A stretch of DNA of 64,000 nucleotides from Ascidiella aspersa. Taxonomy: Eukaryota. The stretch's first letter is position 1; each line of letters begins with the position of its first letter. The stretch spans positions 21,266,001 through 21,330,000 of the forward strand of contig OZ004613.1 of the NCBI GenBank assembly GCA_963924565.1, written 5' to 3'. Below are positions 23,466 through 35,900 of this stretch, piece after piece. A model generated the notes under the pieces. The model saw nothing but the letters and a program-made list of their open reading frames with translations, ran no database searches and had not been told where the DNA came from. Made by a program: the position numbers and the translations under genes.

Positions 23466-26400
23466 TAATATATCGGTATAACGTTTCTCTGATAAGGGTT
23501 TATAAAACTCGCTATTAATTTTTCTTTAATTTGTTTTTTTAGTTCTTAGATTGGCGAAAAACGTTTTTGTGGTAAACGGGTTGTAAACAGTTCTAAAAAA
23601 TACCAAAAATTATTTCGCCGAAATGACAATTGTCAGATAACATGTTCATTTAGTCTAGTGACACAAAAAATAGGTAGATCCCCGAAATAGGAAAAAACAT
23701 AATTCTTGCCCAGGGGTTCTTTTTACACCGCGCTTTCCTTGACACAATTTACCAAAAATTTCGCCACCTTTTCTGAATAATATGTTACCTGGCCACACTA
23801 CCTATAGATTAACGATGTCCGATACTCGGCATTTTCTTCCGATACGGTACCGATACCCAAATTATGGACGAAAACATCGCGATACGATACCAAATGACGT
23901 CATTACTATGCTTAAATGTGCAAATCAAATGAAACTAAAACGTTTAAAGCAGGGAGTTTAACCAAACCAGAACCATTTTACAACTAATAGTTTAAAACAG
24001 TAGTCCCCAAACTATTTTCATCACGACACAAATTTACGTGTTGTGGCCAAGACACAGACGACTTGTATGCAGTTAGTTAGCCTAATTCTTAGCAAACAGT
24101 TAAATATATTTGAGGTTATTTGAATAAAATTTCCAACTCTTCAAATTTGAAACGACACCTGGCGCATTTAGCCCGTAAAATATAGATTCGCATATTGCTT
24201 AAAAAGCGGCACTTTTTTTCGCTTTTTCACTTTTTTAACAGAATTCGCAAAAAAGTTTGTAGGCTATTTGCAGTAGGCCTACTTAGTAAAATCTATCAAA
24301 AAATAGTTTTTGGTGTAGCATAGCCTGCGACCTCCCTGTTTCGGTACGTGTCCTTGTCCAATATCCATTATGCCGGTCTTGGTACCGAGTACCAAATCAA
24401 GAAATTCGAACACAAGAAAAGAACGACAGAGGCTCTTTTTTATGGCAATATGCTGTTGAACACATGTTAAAACTTAAACTTAAACCCGCTTTTTCAGAAT
24501 GTTTTTAAATTATATTTTTATAACAGCCGCCAATGAATCAACTTGGTTTAAGAGAAGCTAATTTTTTTTAAATCCAACGCCGCTATAAACATACAAAAAA
24601 TGATTTTACCTAGGATTAGATACTACCAGTTACGCCATGTATGTGCTAAGCACTTCTCTCTTTTCCTTTCTATCTCTAATTTTTGTGGAACGTAACGTAT
24701 AGGTTGCCTTTTCTGCGCGGCGCTGCTTTGCATTAGATCACCTTTCAGAAAGCCATATAGTATTCTTCTAAAAGTCTGTTTTTTGTTTTAAAGCTTTTTT
24801 TTCTGATCTGTACTGCTTTCATATGCTTTTAGCTTTTTTATTACATTTTTACTTTGCTATGTATTTTAGTAACTGACGATGTCAGTATAGGCGATATAGG
24901 CCTATATTTCTTTAAAAATGTCTAATACTGATTTCACTTGGATTTTTAAACCTAACGAGTCAAACGTAAATTAAAGAAATGTGTTTTATAAGAAACTTAA
25001 ATTTAATTTGCCTGGATGACTTTAGTCAGAGTTAGATCAGCAGTTTAAATGATTATATAATAATTAGAGACAGTTTCCCAACACGAAATTAAAGAAACTT
25101 GCATGGTATATGTATGATATGGTAAGAAATACAAACTATATGAATAGAAAGTGACATTTGATTTAGGATAACTTAATGATGACCTTGAATAGGGGTCGCA
25201 AATTGCTGTTGTGACTTAGGCCTACGCCAAATTACTATTCCCAAATTTTAAGAACATAATAATTCGCAACACAATAATTATTTGCGAAGATAAGTAATAT
25301 TAATTCAAACAGAAAATTTAACTATTTTCACGTTATTTATACATAAAGATTTTGCGATCCAAAGAAAATATGGACTCTTTGCTGACCTACATAATGGTGT
25401 GATAATACCTCAATTAAAAAAGCGCAATATAAAGCAAGCTTTAAAAAAGTAAGATAAATAACCCAATTGTATTAAAAATACCTAAAAAGCTTGTCGAAGT
25501 CAAGACATTTGTCTAAATTAAAGTCAAGTCAACTGATGTTGCTCAAAAGACATATGTCAAGTCAAATCATTGACTTAGTCATTAAAACACTGGTAGGTAG
25601 CATGCTATATATTGCAAATAAAGATGGAAAATATATATTTCAAAAAAACACTCGAGTAATCAATGAAAACAAAACGTGAACTTCGTTGAACGGTAGTTTA
25701 ACGAAGTGTTGTTAAACAAAAAACAGCAAAACAAAAATATATAAACGAAACACAAAAAAAAAAGATTTTTATGGTTTCTACGGTTTCTGGTTAAAGCATG
25801 ATATACCGACTTGAAAAATCTTGTTTTTTTTTAATAGTACAATGCTGTGTATACAAATCATAACAAAATAGGCCTACTTCCAATATGTGCAATAACAGCA
25901 AAACTTTAAGTTTATCATGATGTTAGCATAGACTTAAGTCACAGAAAGCATTTGTTCCACAAATTTGAAAATTGTCACACAATTTCCATTGCTGATCTCT
26001 ATAGTAAGAGTAGATAAGTAAGGAGTGTAAATTTATATCAACTTTAATAAGAAAAAGCTAAAAAGCTGCTTAGCTTCCTACATGTGGCAAGACTTTTTTC
26101 CTTATGGCTCCCCAACGCTTTGGCTACGTTGATCCTGATTGGTTGGTCGTAGAAGACGATCAGTTTTCCGTAAGACCAAAGAGTGAACATGGACTAAGAC
26201 ACTGTATTGTAGCCTAGATAAGTTTTGTAGTTCCCGCTTAGTAATCAAGTAAACTTTCAGCTTAACGTGGGACTAACATTGTAGATTTAGGCCTACGTTT
26301 GACAGTAGAGACAAAATATTATTGATAGACTAGGTAAGCGCAAGTACGTTTTACAGCTTCACCAAGTAAACTTGCCTACGGACAGCACCAAGTGCTTTAG

Positions 26401-29400
26401 AATGCGTGGAGTTTAATTTTGCCAAACACCAGTAATTGTTTCTTTTCAACGATTGTACCACGCATCAAAGCGATTTTCAAAAACGGTCTACATGGTGCAC
26501 TCTGACGTAAAAAGGTTACCAAAGCTTGCATTAAATAACAGCGGTAAACTATATAAACAACGTTCAATTTGCAGAAAACGCAAAGCAAATATTTATATTT
26601 TTAGTAAAACTCCCACAAAGCTCAAATAGGTGGATCCTTAAAACCTGATTTTGATTTGTCCATGGCTGGTAATCTCAAACAGTCAATTCCTAATTGGTTT
26701 AAGGGTGTCAACAAAATTAAAAAAAACATAGTCAGTCTATTTCTTTGTGATATTTCTAAATGTCACTAACTTAACTGCTATAATACTCTGTTATATTTAA
26801 TTTTATTGAAGTCATATTTTGTGGTGTGCAAAATTATTCATTGTTGGCTTATAGTTCGATTTGTTTAGCAAAACAAATTGCGCGGGTTACATAAATAAAA
26901 AGATCAGACAAACGGCAGCCTTTCGTACATGAATTGTTCAGTTCACAAAACAATAATGTGGAAAAGATAAATTTGTCTGCAAAATATTGTACGTTTTTGA
27001 TTTCTATTAGTTTAGGATCGTATTCAAAACACCGAAAAATAAAATTATTAACTTTTGCAGGTCGTGTTATGATCCTTATTATTTTTATAAAACAGTTTAG
27101 TTAAGCGAATAGCAAGCGTAGTGAATACTCGAAATTCAGGCATCTAAGTCGTGGAAGGACCAGTTAAACTGAGAGGCATGCTGCCCGAAGTCCCTATCCA
27201 GTTGAAACGTTTGCTGTAATAAATTAAACATAATCAGAAACGGAAAATAAGTCTCCCAAAAACAGTAAGTATACATGTCGTTTTTTCTGTTATACACCCA
27301 AATTAACAGTTGTAACTTTTTAATATTATCGACAAAGACGTACAATTGTTATGGTTCACACTCATTAGTTGAGGTCAGTATCGATAGTGGAGAGGCCATT
27401 TTATGGAACCGTTTACAATATGCAATATTCGTTTTATGTATATGAAGCTTCAGTAATAATTGTTGGCTAGCAAGCATTTCTCTGTAGATGACACAATGAT
27501 TGAACTGGTGCGACTCCTTTATCCAAACTTTATCCGAACGTCAAATCAGACAAACGGACAATTATTGCTGCAGCCCCATCCGTGCATACACCGACACAAA
27601 AGATCAGTTTACGTACGGTTTAGGTTTAAATAAAAACAATAATTTTTAATTTTCAATTATTATTTTAAACTCTTTCACGGACCGATAACAAACTCCTCGC
27701 TGACCGGCACCAAAATTAGAATATATATGAATGCAGAACGTCAGCTTTGTTCCTTGGGCAGCCTAGGACTAGCTTTTGTTGCGTATTGTCCATCGACATA
27801 TATTTCGTAAGTGTGCCGCCGATTTTTTTAGTTATATTGGCGTGCCAGATGTGAAAAAGGTTGCGGGGCATTACTCTAAGGTAATCTTGAGTTTCGGGCT
27901 TGAAAAATTCTCCGTTTTTTCTAAGAAGGTGTGAAAAATATTTATGCTTAATTACAAAACTTCTCAAACGAATAACGTTACAAACCTTTGTAACCCTTAG
28001 TTTGCCCCCGGACAAGAATTAACGAGCAATATTTGCAAAATATACGGATGTTTTTTTCTGGTAATTACAATTTTTATGTTATCGAGACTAAAGACTGTTT
28101 AGACATGCAATAGCTAGAACTTCGAAATGGAAAGTAGAAGTGACTATAATTTTTGTTTGTGTTCTCGCATATACATAGTTTGTAGTTCTTTCAAACTTCT
28201 GGTAGACCTATGATTGTACTTTATGTTTTTTTCGGTAAAAATCCAAAATTTCACAATATATGAAAGGGCTTATCTTCATTCAATCCAAAACCACTGGCAG
28301 CCAAAGTCAAAGTTTAGCTAGAAATGCAAAAAAACTACATGCACATATAGGCTCGAAAGATCGAGTCACACACTTAACTACGTGTGAACAGCGTGTTAAG
28401 GCTAATAAACGGTAGATTTTTCTAGACAATTCTTGGATCCGCCTCTTTATGGACGTGTCGCAAGGAGGGTTGTAAATGTTAAGGAAAGTGGCAGTTTAGA
28501 ATAAGATACTATCGGCAATATCTATGACAAGCATTTACCTATTTGAGACGAATGATGCTTTGTAGATACTTGTTAAAGAAGCGAGGTGAAGTTGCAAATG
28601 GCAAGCTGTCGACGTACTTCGTCCAGGACTTGACGCTGTTAGTAAGAAGCACACATTAAATGGCACCACACACGCTGGCGAGCACTATTGGACCAAAAAG
28701 TTTAGGTAAAACAACTTCGACTCCAAAGGTAGTGTGTGAAGCACGGTTAGAAACTCAATATTCATGGTATACGTTATTAAGTCAGATATAATTCCCAACC
28801 TAACCCTAAGGCAGGGAAAATGCAAGCAATACATATCACATATTTAGTGTTTGACTGGCTCTAATATAAATAAAATACCGGGAGTTTTTTTAGCCATAAT
28901 TTATTTTAAGAGTGATCTTAAGTAAATCTTTTTGGATAACAAAAGAAGCAATTATATAATAAAATTATTTCTGTAGGCTATATTTTATTGTTTACCTATG
29001 AAACGCACGTCAAACCTGGTGCAGGATTACAACCAACAAAATGCAACTATGTTTTTCTTTTTTAAAATCATCAATTAAGAAGTTAAAAAAAAGTTTTTCT
29101 AAACTTGTCTTATACATGGTAAAATGCATATTAAATCAGTACATATTCATAAGAACAGACACGCACCTATTTTATTAAATATATGACAACATAATATTTC
29201 CGGCAAGAAATCTGTCAGTTTTAACATTTTTAAAGTGTGAAAATCATCAACAATTTAACTGGTATCACTAAGAACAAAGAACCCCACTCCAATACTACAT
29301 ATGGATTCGTACAATGGCAAAAGTTGCATAACTGCATGAATTTATATAAGATGAAACGTGTGGGCACGTTTCGCCTTTCACAAATAATGAGTCATGAACA

Positions 29401-30463
29401 ATATAAACACATAAAAAATGCCTTGTATTATTTTTAAATTCAATGTTAAAATTTAAATTCAACAAGATTTGTTTTTGGCTCAAGAAAACTGACACACGTA
29501 GGCTAAGTCACTGATAAAATAATCATTTAATATATGTCCAAAAGTGCGCAAAATGTTTCTCGCCACTGCGGGTTGATACCCCTATAAGAGAAATTTATCA
29601 AGCAAGCTCTTTTGTACGATGCTATAAGCTTTGGCAGCTCAAATATATGATAAGATACAAAGCATTTTTAAAAGATACGGTAAGTCTTGAAAGAGGAATA
29701 TCAAAGAGTAGTTGAGTTTTCACAGATATTTTAGTTGGTGGTAACTGCATACACTTTAACTTACAATATTTATACTTGATCACCCTTTACTAACCGGTAA
29801 GCCTGAACCTAAATGCCATAATGATATTAGTTATTAGAAGGATAGTGTGCATTCAAGTGCATCATGCCTTCTCAAATCATAAACAAGAATGGGTTATGCG
29901 CAGTGGTTAAAATGAACATAAAGTCTCCTAAACGCAGGACGCCTTTTTGGAAATTTATCAAAAAATTGTTGATTTTTTAATTTATCAAAAAATTATTGAT
30001 TTTTTATATGAAACGTTGCTTTTTATTTTTTTAGATATATACTTTAATAATAATGAGCTGATACTTTAATAACAATGAACTTTTTTGAATACATCACGAC
30101 ACCTGTACTTAATACCTTACAATATATTCTTCACATTTAATGACCAATATTTTCACGTTGAACGGAACTATTATTGTATCCGATCTGGAACCCGGTTTTG
30201 AAAATAAATATAGTCGAACCTGATCTTTTGAATTGCTCCGAACCGTAACTGAACTCTGAAAAAATCCTTGAGCCGGAACCGACCTGAAATTTAAAAGTCA
30301 AACGGTTCGAATCGCTGCCTAAAGCCCTAAACGACGCTCCAGTATGATATAATTACTTCCGGTACGTCATACAGGTACAAAATTTGTCTTTACGTCTCCT
30401 TTTTATTTTTTTGTTGCCTATTGGTTGGCCGACACGTGAAATAAATTAGGTTAAGGTTTAATT

Positions 30464-32061
30464 CAGGGCTGCGCAGTCGGTTAAAAATCAACCGAGTCCG
30501 ACTCCGGCCTAAAAAATCAACCCGAGCCCGATCCCGAAATGGCAATTTTGTTGAGTTCCGAGTCTAGCCCTGACTCTACAGCAGGGGTGACGAACCTATT
30601 TGCTGTCGCGGGCCACTTTGTCAGTTACCACTGAGTAAGCGGGCCACACAGCTTTTAACTCATGCTATAAAACCTGTTAAAATCATCAAAAAAATGTTCA
30701 ATGGCAAGCTAAGCTTACACTTAACTGGTTACTACTGCAATGTACTGAAGCAGCAACGGGCTCATGGTGTTAAATTTAATTATTATTAGTATATTTTATG
30801 ACCCAACAATCAATAAACAGTTGAATCCTAAATTGATGGTTACTGTATGGATTTACACAACAGTTTCTACGATTCCTGCATGATATACGCCAGTGGTTCT
30901 TAACCTTTTTTTAGCCACGCCCCCCCTTTTGTAATTTTTCTATGCCCCTACGAAAACCAATTCGTCATTTTTTGATTAATATCACTGAGACAATATGAAA
31001 ATAGTCAAGCGTATTGCTGGTCACTCGAAGCGCGAAAAAAATTGGGTTTTGATTTTATTGAATTGGCTAAATTGCAATTTAGGAGGCTTTTAGCATTGGG
31101 CACACAACAAATTGCTGTGCTCGTCACATTGATTTTTATCGAGCTGATTTTGACAAACGTGTTGTGAGGAAATTTACTCCACAAGTTGTAAGGCTGTGAT
31201 GTCGAGCGCAAAAAAAGTCAAGCGCAAAAATTAAACATTACGTTCTCGTTTTTTAAAAGATGTGACAACACACAATACATAGGCAATATTACAAAGAATG
31301 TTATAGATTTGCGCAAAAAAGAGTCCCCCTGTTGCTAGCCTGTTGTCATATATAAAATATGGAACAAAAATAGTTCGAAAGGGATAACTTTTGTCGTTTA
31401 TCTATTGGTTAGCAAAACTGAAATTAAATAGGGCCGTTATTTCTTCGGTGATATATGTATAACATAAAGACAGAAAACAGGCAATGGCACTCAAAGAGAA
31501 TTTGTACTTAAAAAGAAAAAAAGTAGATAATTGAAATTACGCGCGTAGCGCGACAATTTTGGGCAGTTTCAAAGGTTGGAAAAAATAGAGTTTGTACATC
31601 TGTAGGAGTGGTGCCTAACCTAAACGAAACCATTAAAATCACTGAAGAAAATTAAATAATTAAGTAAAGCTCGCGCCCCCTTAAGAATTGCTTGGTCGCT
31701 GATATACGCGTTATTTAATCCGGCTATCAGCTTTTGATATCGCATCGCAAAGAGTAGAAGCGGGTCAAAGAAACTTTAAGACTGCCTTGTCCTCACCCGA
31801 ATGCTTCGCGGGTCACACAAAATTCTTTTGCGGGCCACGTGTTCGTCACCCCTGCTCTACAGTCTGTATTCCCCCAATTTTCGTAACTAAAATAACGTGG
31901 ATATTCATCAATACACTTTTGGGGTTGTCGTATAATTTATTCACTCAGATTCCATGGTTTGAAAGTATTCCACCTTCAAAAATTGTTTTTCCAGTCACCG
32001 GCCATATCAGTTTTTAAATTTAACCAACTGCTCGAGTCTCGAGTCCGACTCGGCAGCCCTG
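30464..32061. mobile_element. Three nested hAT-type MITEs
   Basis: Outer 30464-32061 (cagggctgc / gcagccctg). Middle 30582-31854 (caggggtgacgaac / gttcgtcacccctg, TSD ctctacag). Inner 30891-31701 (cagtggttcttaa..., TSD atatacgc). Confidence 0.8.
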
Positions 32062-32959
32062 GTTTGAGTAGCATATTTGTGCGCGAGATCGAACGAAACC
32101 CGCCGGTGTCTTAGTGTTACCTTCTTTGTAAAATAAGTTTGGGCCGCCATCTCTATTTTTCATAAATAAAGTATGGTAACTATTCTTCTTTTACCCTCGT
32201 TCATGTTTTTTAATTTAATTTAAAATTTCTGTGGCACATAGACGGCTTATATGCAGAATTTGAAATAAGTAAAGCCAACGCTTCTCATTTAGCTAACATT
32301 GTTAAACTTATTGGAGTTACAGTGTTCGTTAATTTACTCTTATGTGTTTCTTTCCCGCAGAAAATAAAATGTTAAAGACTGTTGCTTCTCATCTAAATAT
32401 ATAATGTAAAAGTTTTACGCAAATCGCATCTATTCATACAGTCAATTGTAACATAAAAATATTGCGATACGCTCGCATGACCTTAAGGGTCTTTATTCAG
32501 CTAGGACACAGCTGATCATCGGAGCTTATTGTTTAAAAAAAGATTATATTTTCAGTTTACTGGGGCAAACTTTAAATACGTTTTTGGTAACTTTTTTAAT
32601 CCAGTCCAGTTGTAAATTATGGTAAAATTGGCAACGCCCTTAAAACTCTATGTAATTTTTGATCGACATTCCTTAAATGCATTTCTACATTGTGCATTAG
32701 GAATGTCAACTTTATAAAAAAGTTCAACAATTTTAAAAGTTTATTGCTGTTGCTAATCTAACCGTTAAATTCCTTTAAATGAACTTTCTCACGGTGTTTT
32801 ATTTTTACATCCAATGAGCGAAAATCAAAGCGTCGTACTTCATTACTAACATATCTACAACTAGATCTGCGTTAATGGCAGTTGACTAATAAGCGTCTGT
32901 TGAGTTTCGTAAACATAGTTTTTTCAAGTGGTAGCGTCCTCGAGGCCCTAGAGGAGAGT

Positions 32960-35900
32960 CTACGGTCTTCCTCCTTGAAGCTGATCTTTGAGAGCCAAAA
33001 TACTGCGCCTTTGCTCATCAGGAAGCATCCGAATCTGCTCCGGAGTCAACTGGAGGACTTGCATGATCAGGGCAGCCTACAAACACCACGAATCAATATA
33101 GCCCAGCTGCAATGCTATGTCTGGCAACGATAGAAATTGACAATGATAGACGGAAACCTTAGAACAGCGGTTCTCAACCAGTGGGACATGGCTCACTAGT
33201 GGGCAATGGAAACTTATGAGGTGGACCACACAACAATTTAGAAAAGTTAGATTAATTAAAGAATTAGTTTTATTTGTGTCACTATAACTAATTTTACAGA
33301 AATATTGATTTGGGGAGGAAATGTAAATGAAACGTAAATTTATTGTTCAGAAGTACTTCACTAATGCACGGTTGAATAAATAATCTGTCTTGTTATATGC
33401 TCCGCTATGTTTTGTTCTAAATCGCTTTTATAGTTTGTTGTTTCATAAAAATAATTGAGCCACAAATTTTTTGAGCAACGAAAATGGGCCACAAAAGAAA
33501 AACGTTGAGAACCACTGGCTTAGAAGAATCACCAGTAAATAATATTTAACAACATAATATCAGTCCGATTCTGTTTTTTATCGTCCAATATATTTTCTCA
33601 CTAACTATTCCGTGAATATGGCTAGGAACTAGGCCTAATGACACTCTGAATTAAATGTTAGGTTTCTCTGTAGTTTTAAGTGTGAGAAACAATTATCTTG
33701 CTTTCATGATATCTACGGTAAAATTACAGCAGATGAAAAGGCTAAGAGACAGTTCGTCTTCATAGCTTTACCTTTTCTTGGTCATGCTCCGCGCCCGGCT
33801 CGACAGCTGGCTCATCCGGGGGACCGGTTCTTCCCCTTCGCGGATCACCCCTGTCTTGATTGGGGGGTGGGGGCGGGTGGCGTCCGGTGTCCATTGGCGG
33901 TCTGTCCAGTGGCGAGCTACCAGGGCGATCGATGGGTGGGCGACCGTTGCCACGGTCCATCGGATGTTGATCACGTGGAGACATTCCCCGTTCCAGTGAA
34001 GACCGGGCTCTCTCCAGGGAAGGTCCGCGCTCCTGAGAAGGCGGAGGACGATCTGGAAACCAATTCAGTTTACATATATTAGTGGCAATTTGCCGTTCGT
34101 TAGTCGTCACATTAGAAAAATGCGTTAATTAGCGTAAATAAACAACGTCATCGCTAATTATTTTCTTAACGTTTCGTTGCTCGCGTTTCTTTCTACTGTT
34201 TTTTGCCGGGTGCACGCGAGTACATTGTAAATTAAAAGCCTTTTTTAATGTAAGACAACGAAATTAAAAATGTAAATTAAAAGCCTTTTTTAAAGATATT
34301 ATGTAAAAACAACCCTTTTTGCAAAAAAATGGTTAAGTTCAGTCTAAAAAATATTGCCCGTAAGCTTACAGTTTTTAACGAGGTCGGAGGCGAAAAGTAA
34401 GGTTGGGAACCTCCGCTTTAAACCAAAGTAAGTTTGTCTAAACCAGAGGCGTGCAACATACGGCCCGCGAGACCTATTTATGTGGCCCGCACAGACTACG
34501 TCAAGTAGCCCATTGTTTTTTGAAAAATTGTCACTGTTTAAGAAGTTATGTGTAACGGAATCATTGGCATTTATCGAATTTGTATTACGTCACATGTCCG
34601 AACCTCCATTATTGCGCCATAGTGTGCATTGTAGTAAAACTGCCTTGTTTTGCTTGCAAAAAAGAAAGGTTGATTATGAAAGATGGAAATTCAACAAGCG
34701 AGAAAGATAGATTGCATTCTTTGTCAAAACGTTATATCAGTAATAAAAGAGTATAATTTATAAGGGACACCATAGTTAAAAACGCTCTGCTAATTATGAT
34801 AGCGTTGTAGGTCAATTGCGGGTTGATAAAATGCTGCAATTGAAAAAGTCTTTGAGCAAACAACAAGAGGTATTTCATTGTTATGAAAGACGTTGAGCTT
34901 GTTACAAAACTGGGCTATAAGTTATCGAAAGCAATTGCCGAAAAAGGAAAGCCTGTTCAAGACAAAATTCAGGAATCAGCTCACAGATGAGCACTTGTTA
35001 AGTGAACTTCGAGTTGGCACTTCTGCCAAAACTAACAAGATCTCTGGTGAGAGAAGATATCACTCATCTCATTAATCGTTTAATGAGTAACTTGATTCTA
35101 CACGGTTTTCCAATAAAAAAATTGTTTAAAAAATATATCTGTTGTTCGATTGTCCGGCCCGCACCACCATCATAGTTATACATTATAGCCCGCTGCGATA
35201 AACAGTTGCACGCCCCTGGTCTAAACGAAACACAATCAAATCTAAGATGGCCATACCTCGCGGAGGAAACGGCCGCCCGTAGCCTTCGGGGTGATGGGGT
35301 TCCATGTGAGGGGGTCGATGACGGTCGCGGTCCATTCTCCTGTCGCCCGGATCCCCCATCACGTGATCCACGGGAACGCGGTCGATGCCTCGCACCTCCA
35401 TTTCCATTCGACGCGGAGGCGGCGGCGCGTTTCTAAAATAAAAACAATCAGGCGTGTTTACGGCGTCGTTCGACAAAGCGCCGGTTTCTAGCACTTTTTC
35501 GTTTACTTTGTCAGACTTGGACAACTAGATTTATTTTAGCTTTTGAAAATTAGATTAGAACTAAAATCCGAGCATTTTAGTTTTTTTTTCAAATTAGATT
35601 AGGATTAGACTTAGATAATTTTATTTTTCTTAAATTACATTAGAATTAACCGAATTATTAAAACAACGAATTTCAACTGGAATTGGAACTAAATTAACAT
35701 TACAATTTTTATCCCTTTTAGCATAGTTCCAGTTATTTGTTTTGGCTGAGAGGCTACAAATGCCGTTGGACAAATTAGGATTTTTGGTGAAATCCGAGAA
35801 TTAGAATTATAGCCAGAAAGCAATTCAAAAACTAGATTTTTGCTCTAATTTATTGAATAAAACAACTAGATTATCTCGTTGTTTAAGTCTGTACTGTGTT

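Larger units (their letters stand above)
21792..23633. mobile_element. Non-autonomous Foldback-like element with ~170-bp diverged TIRs and an internal ~189-bp tandem array
   Basis: Left arm starts accattgtcatttcggcgaaata; right arm ends tatttcgccgaaatgacaattgt; inverted similarity extends ~170 bp. Flanks are cagataat (21784-21791) and cagataac (23634-23641). Confidence 0.8.

Noticed and set aside
23700-30400. Possible gene in the long interval between TIMM22 and CSTF2 (e.g. exon-like 27136-27215)
   Set aside because: Isolated splice-like sites only; no multi-exon frame or homology could be established by eye.
33768-35491. GC-rich alternative-frame ORFs
   Set aside because: Other frames or strand of the Pro/Arg-rich CSTF2 exons 8 and 9.
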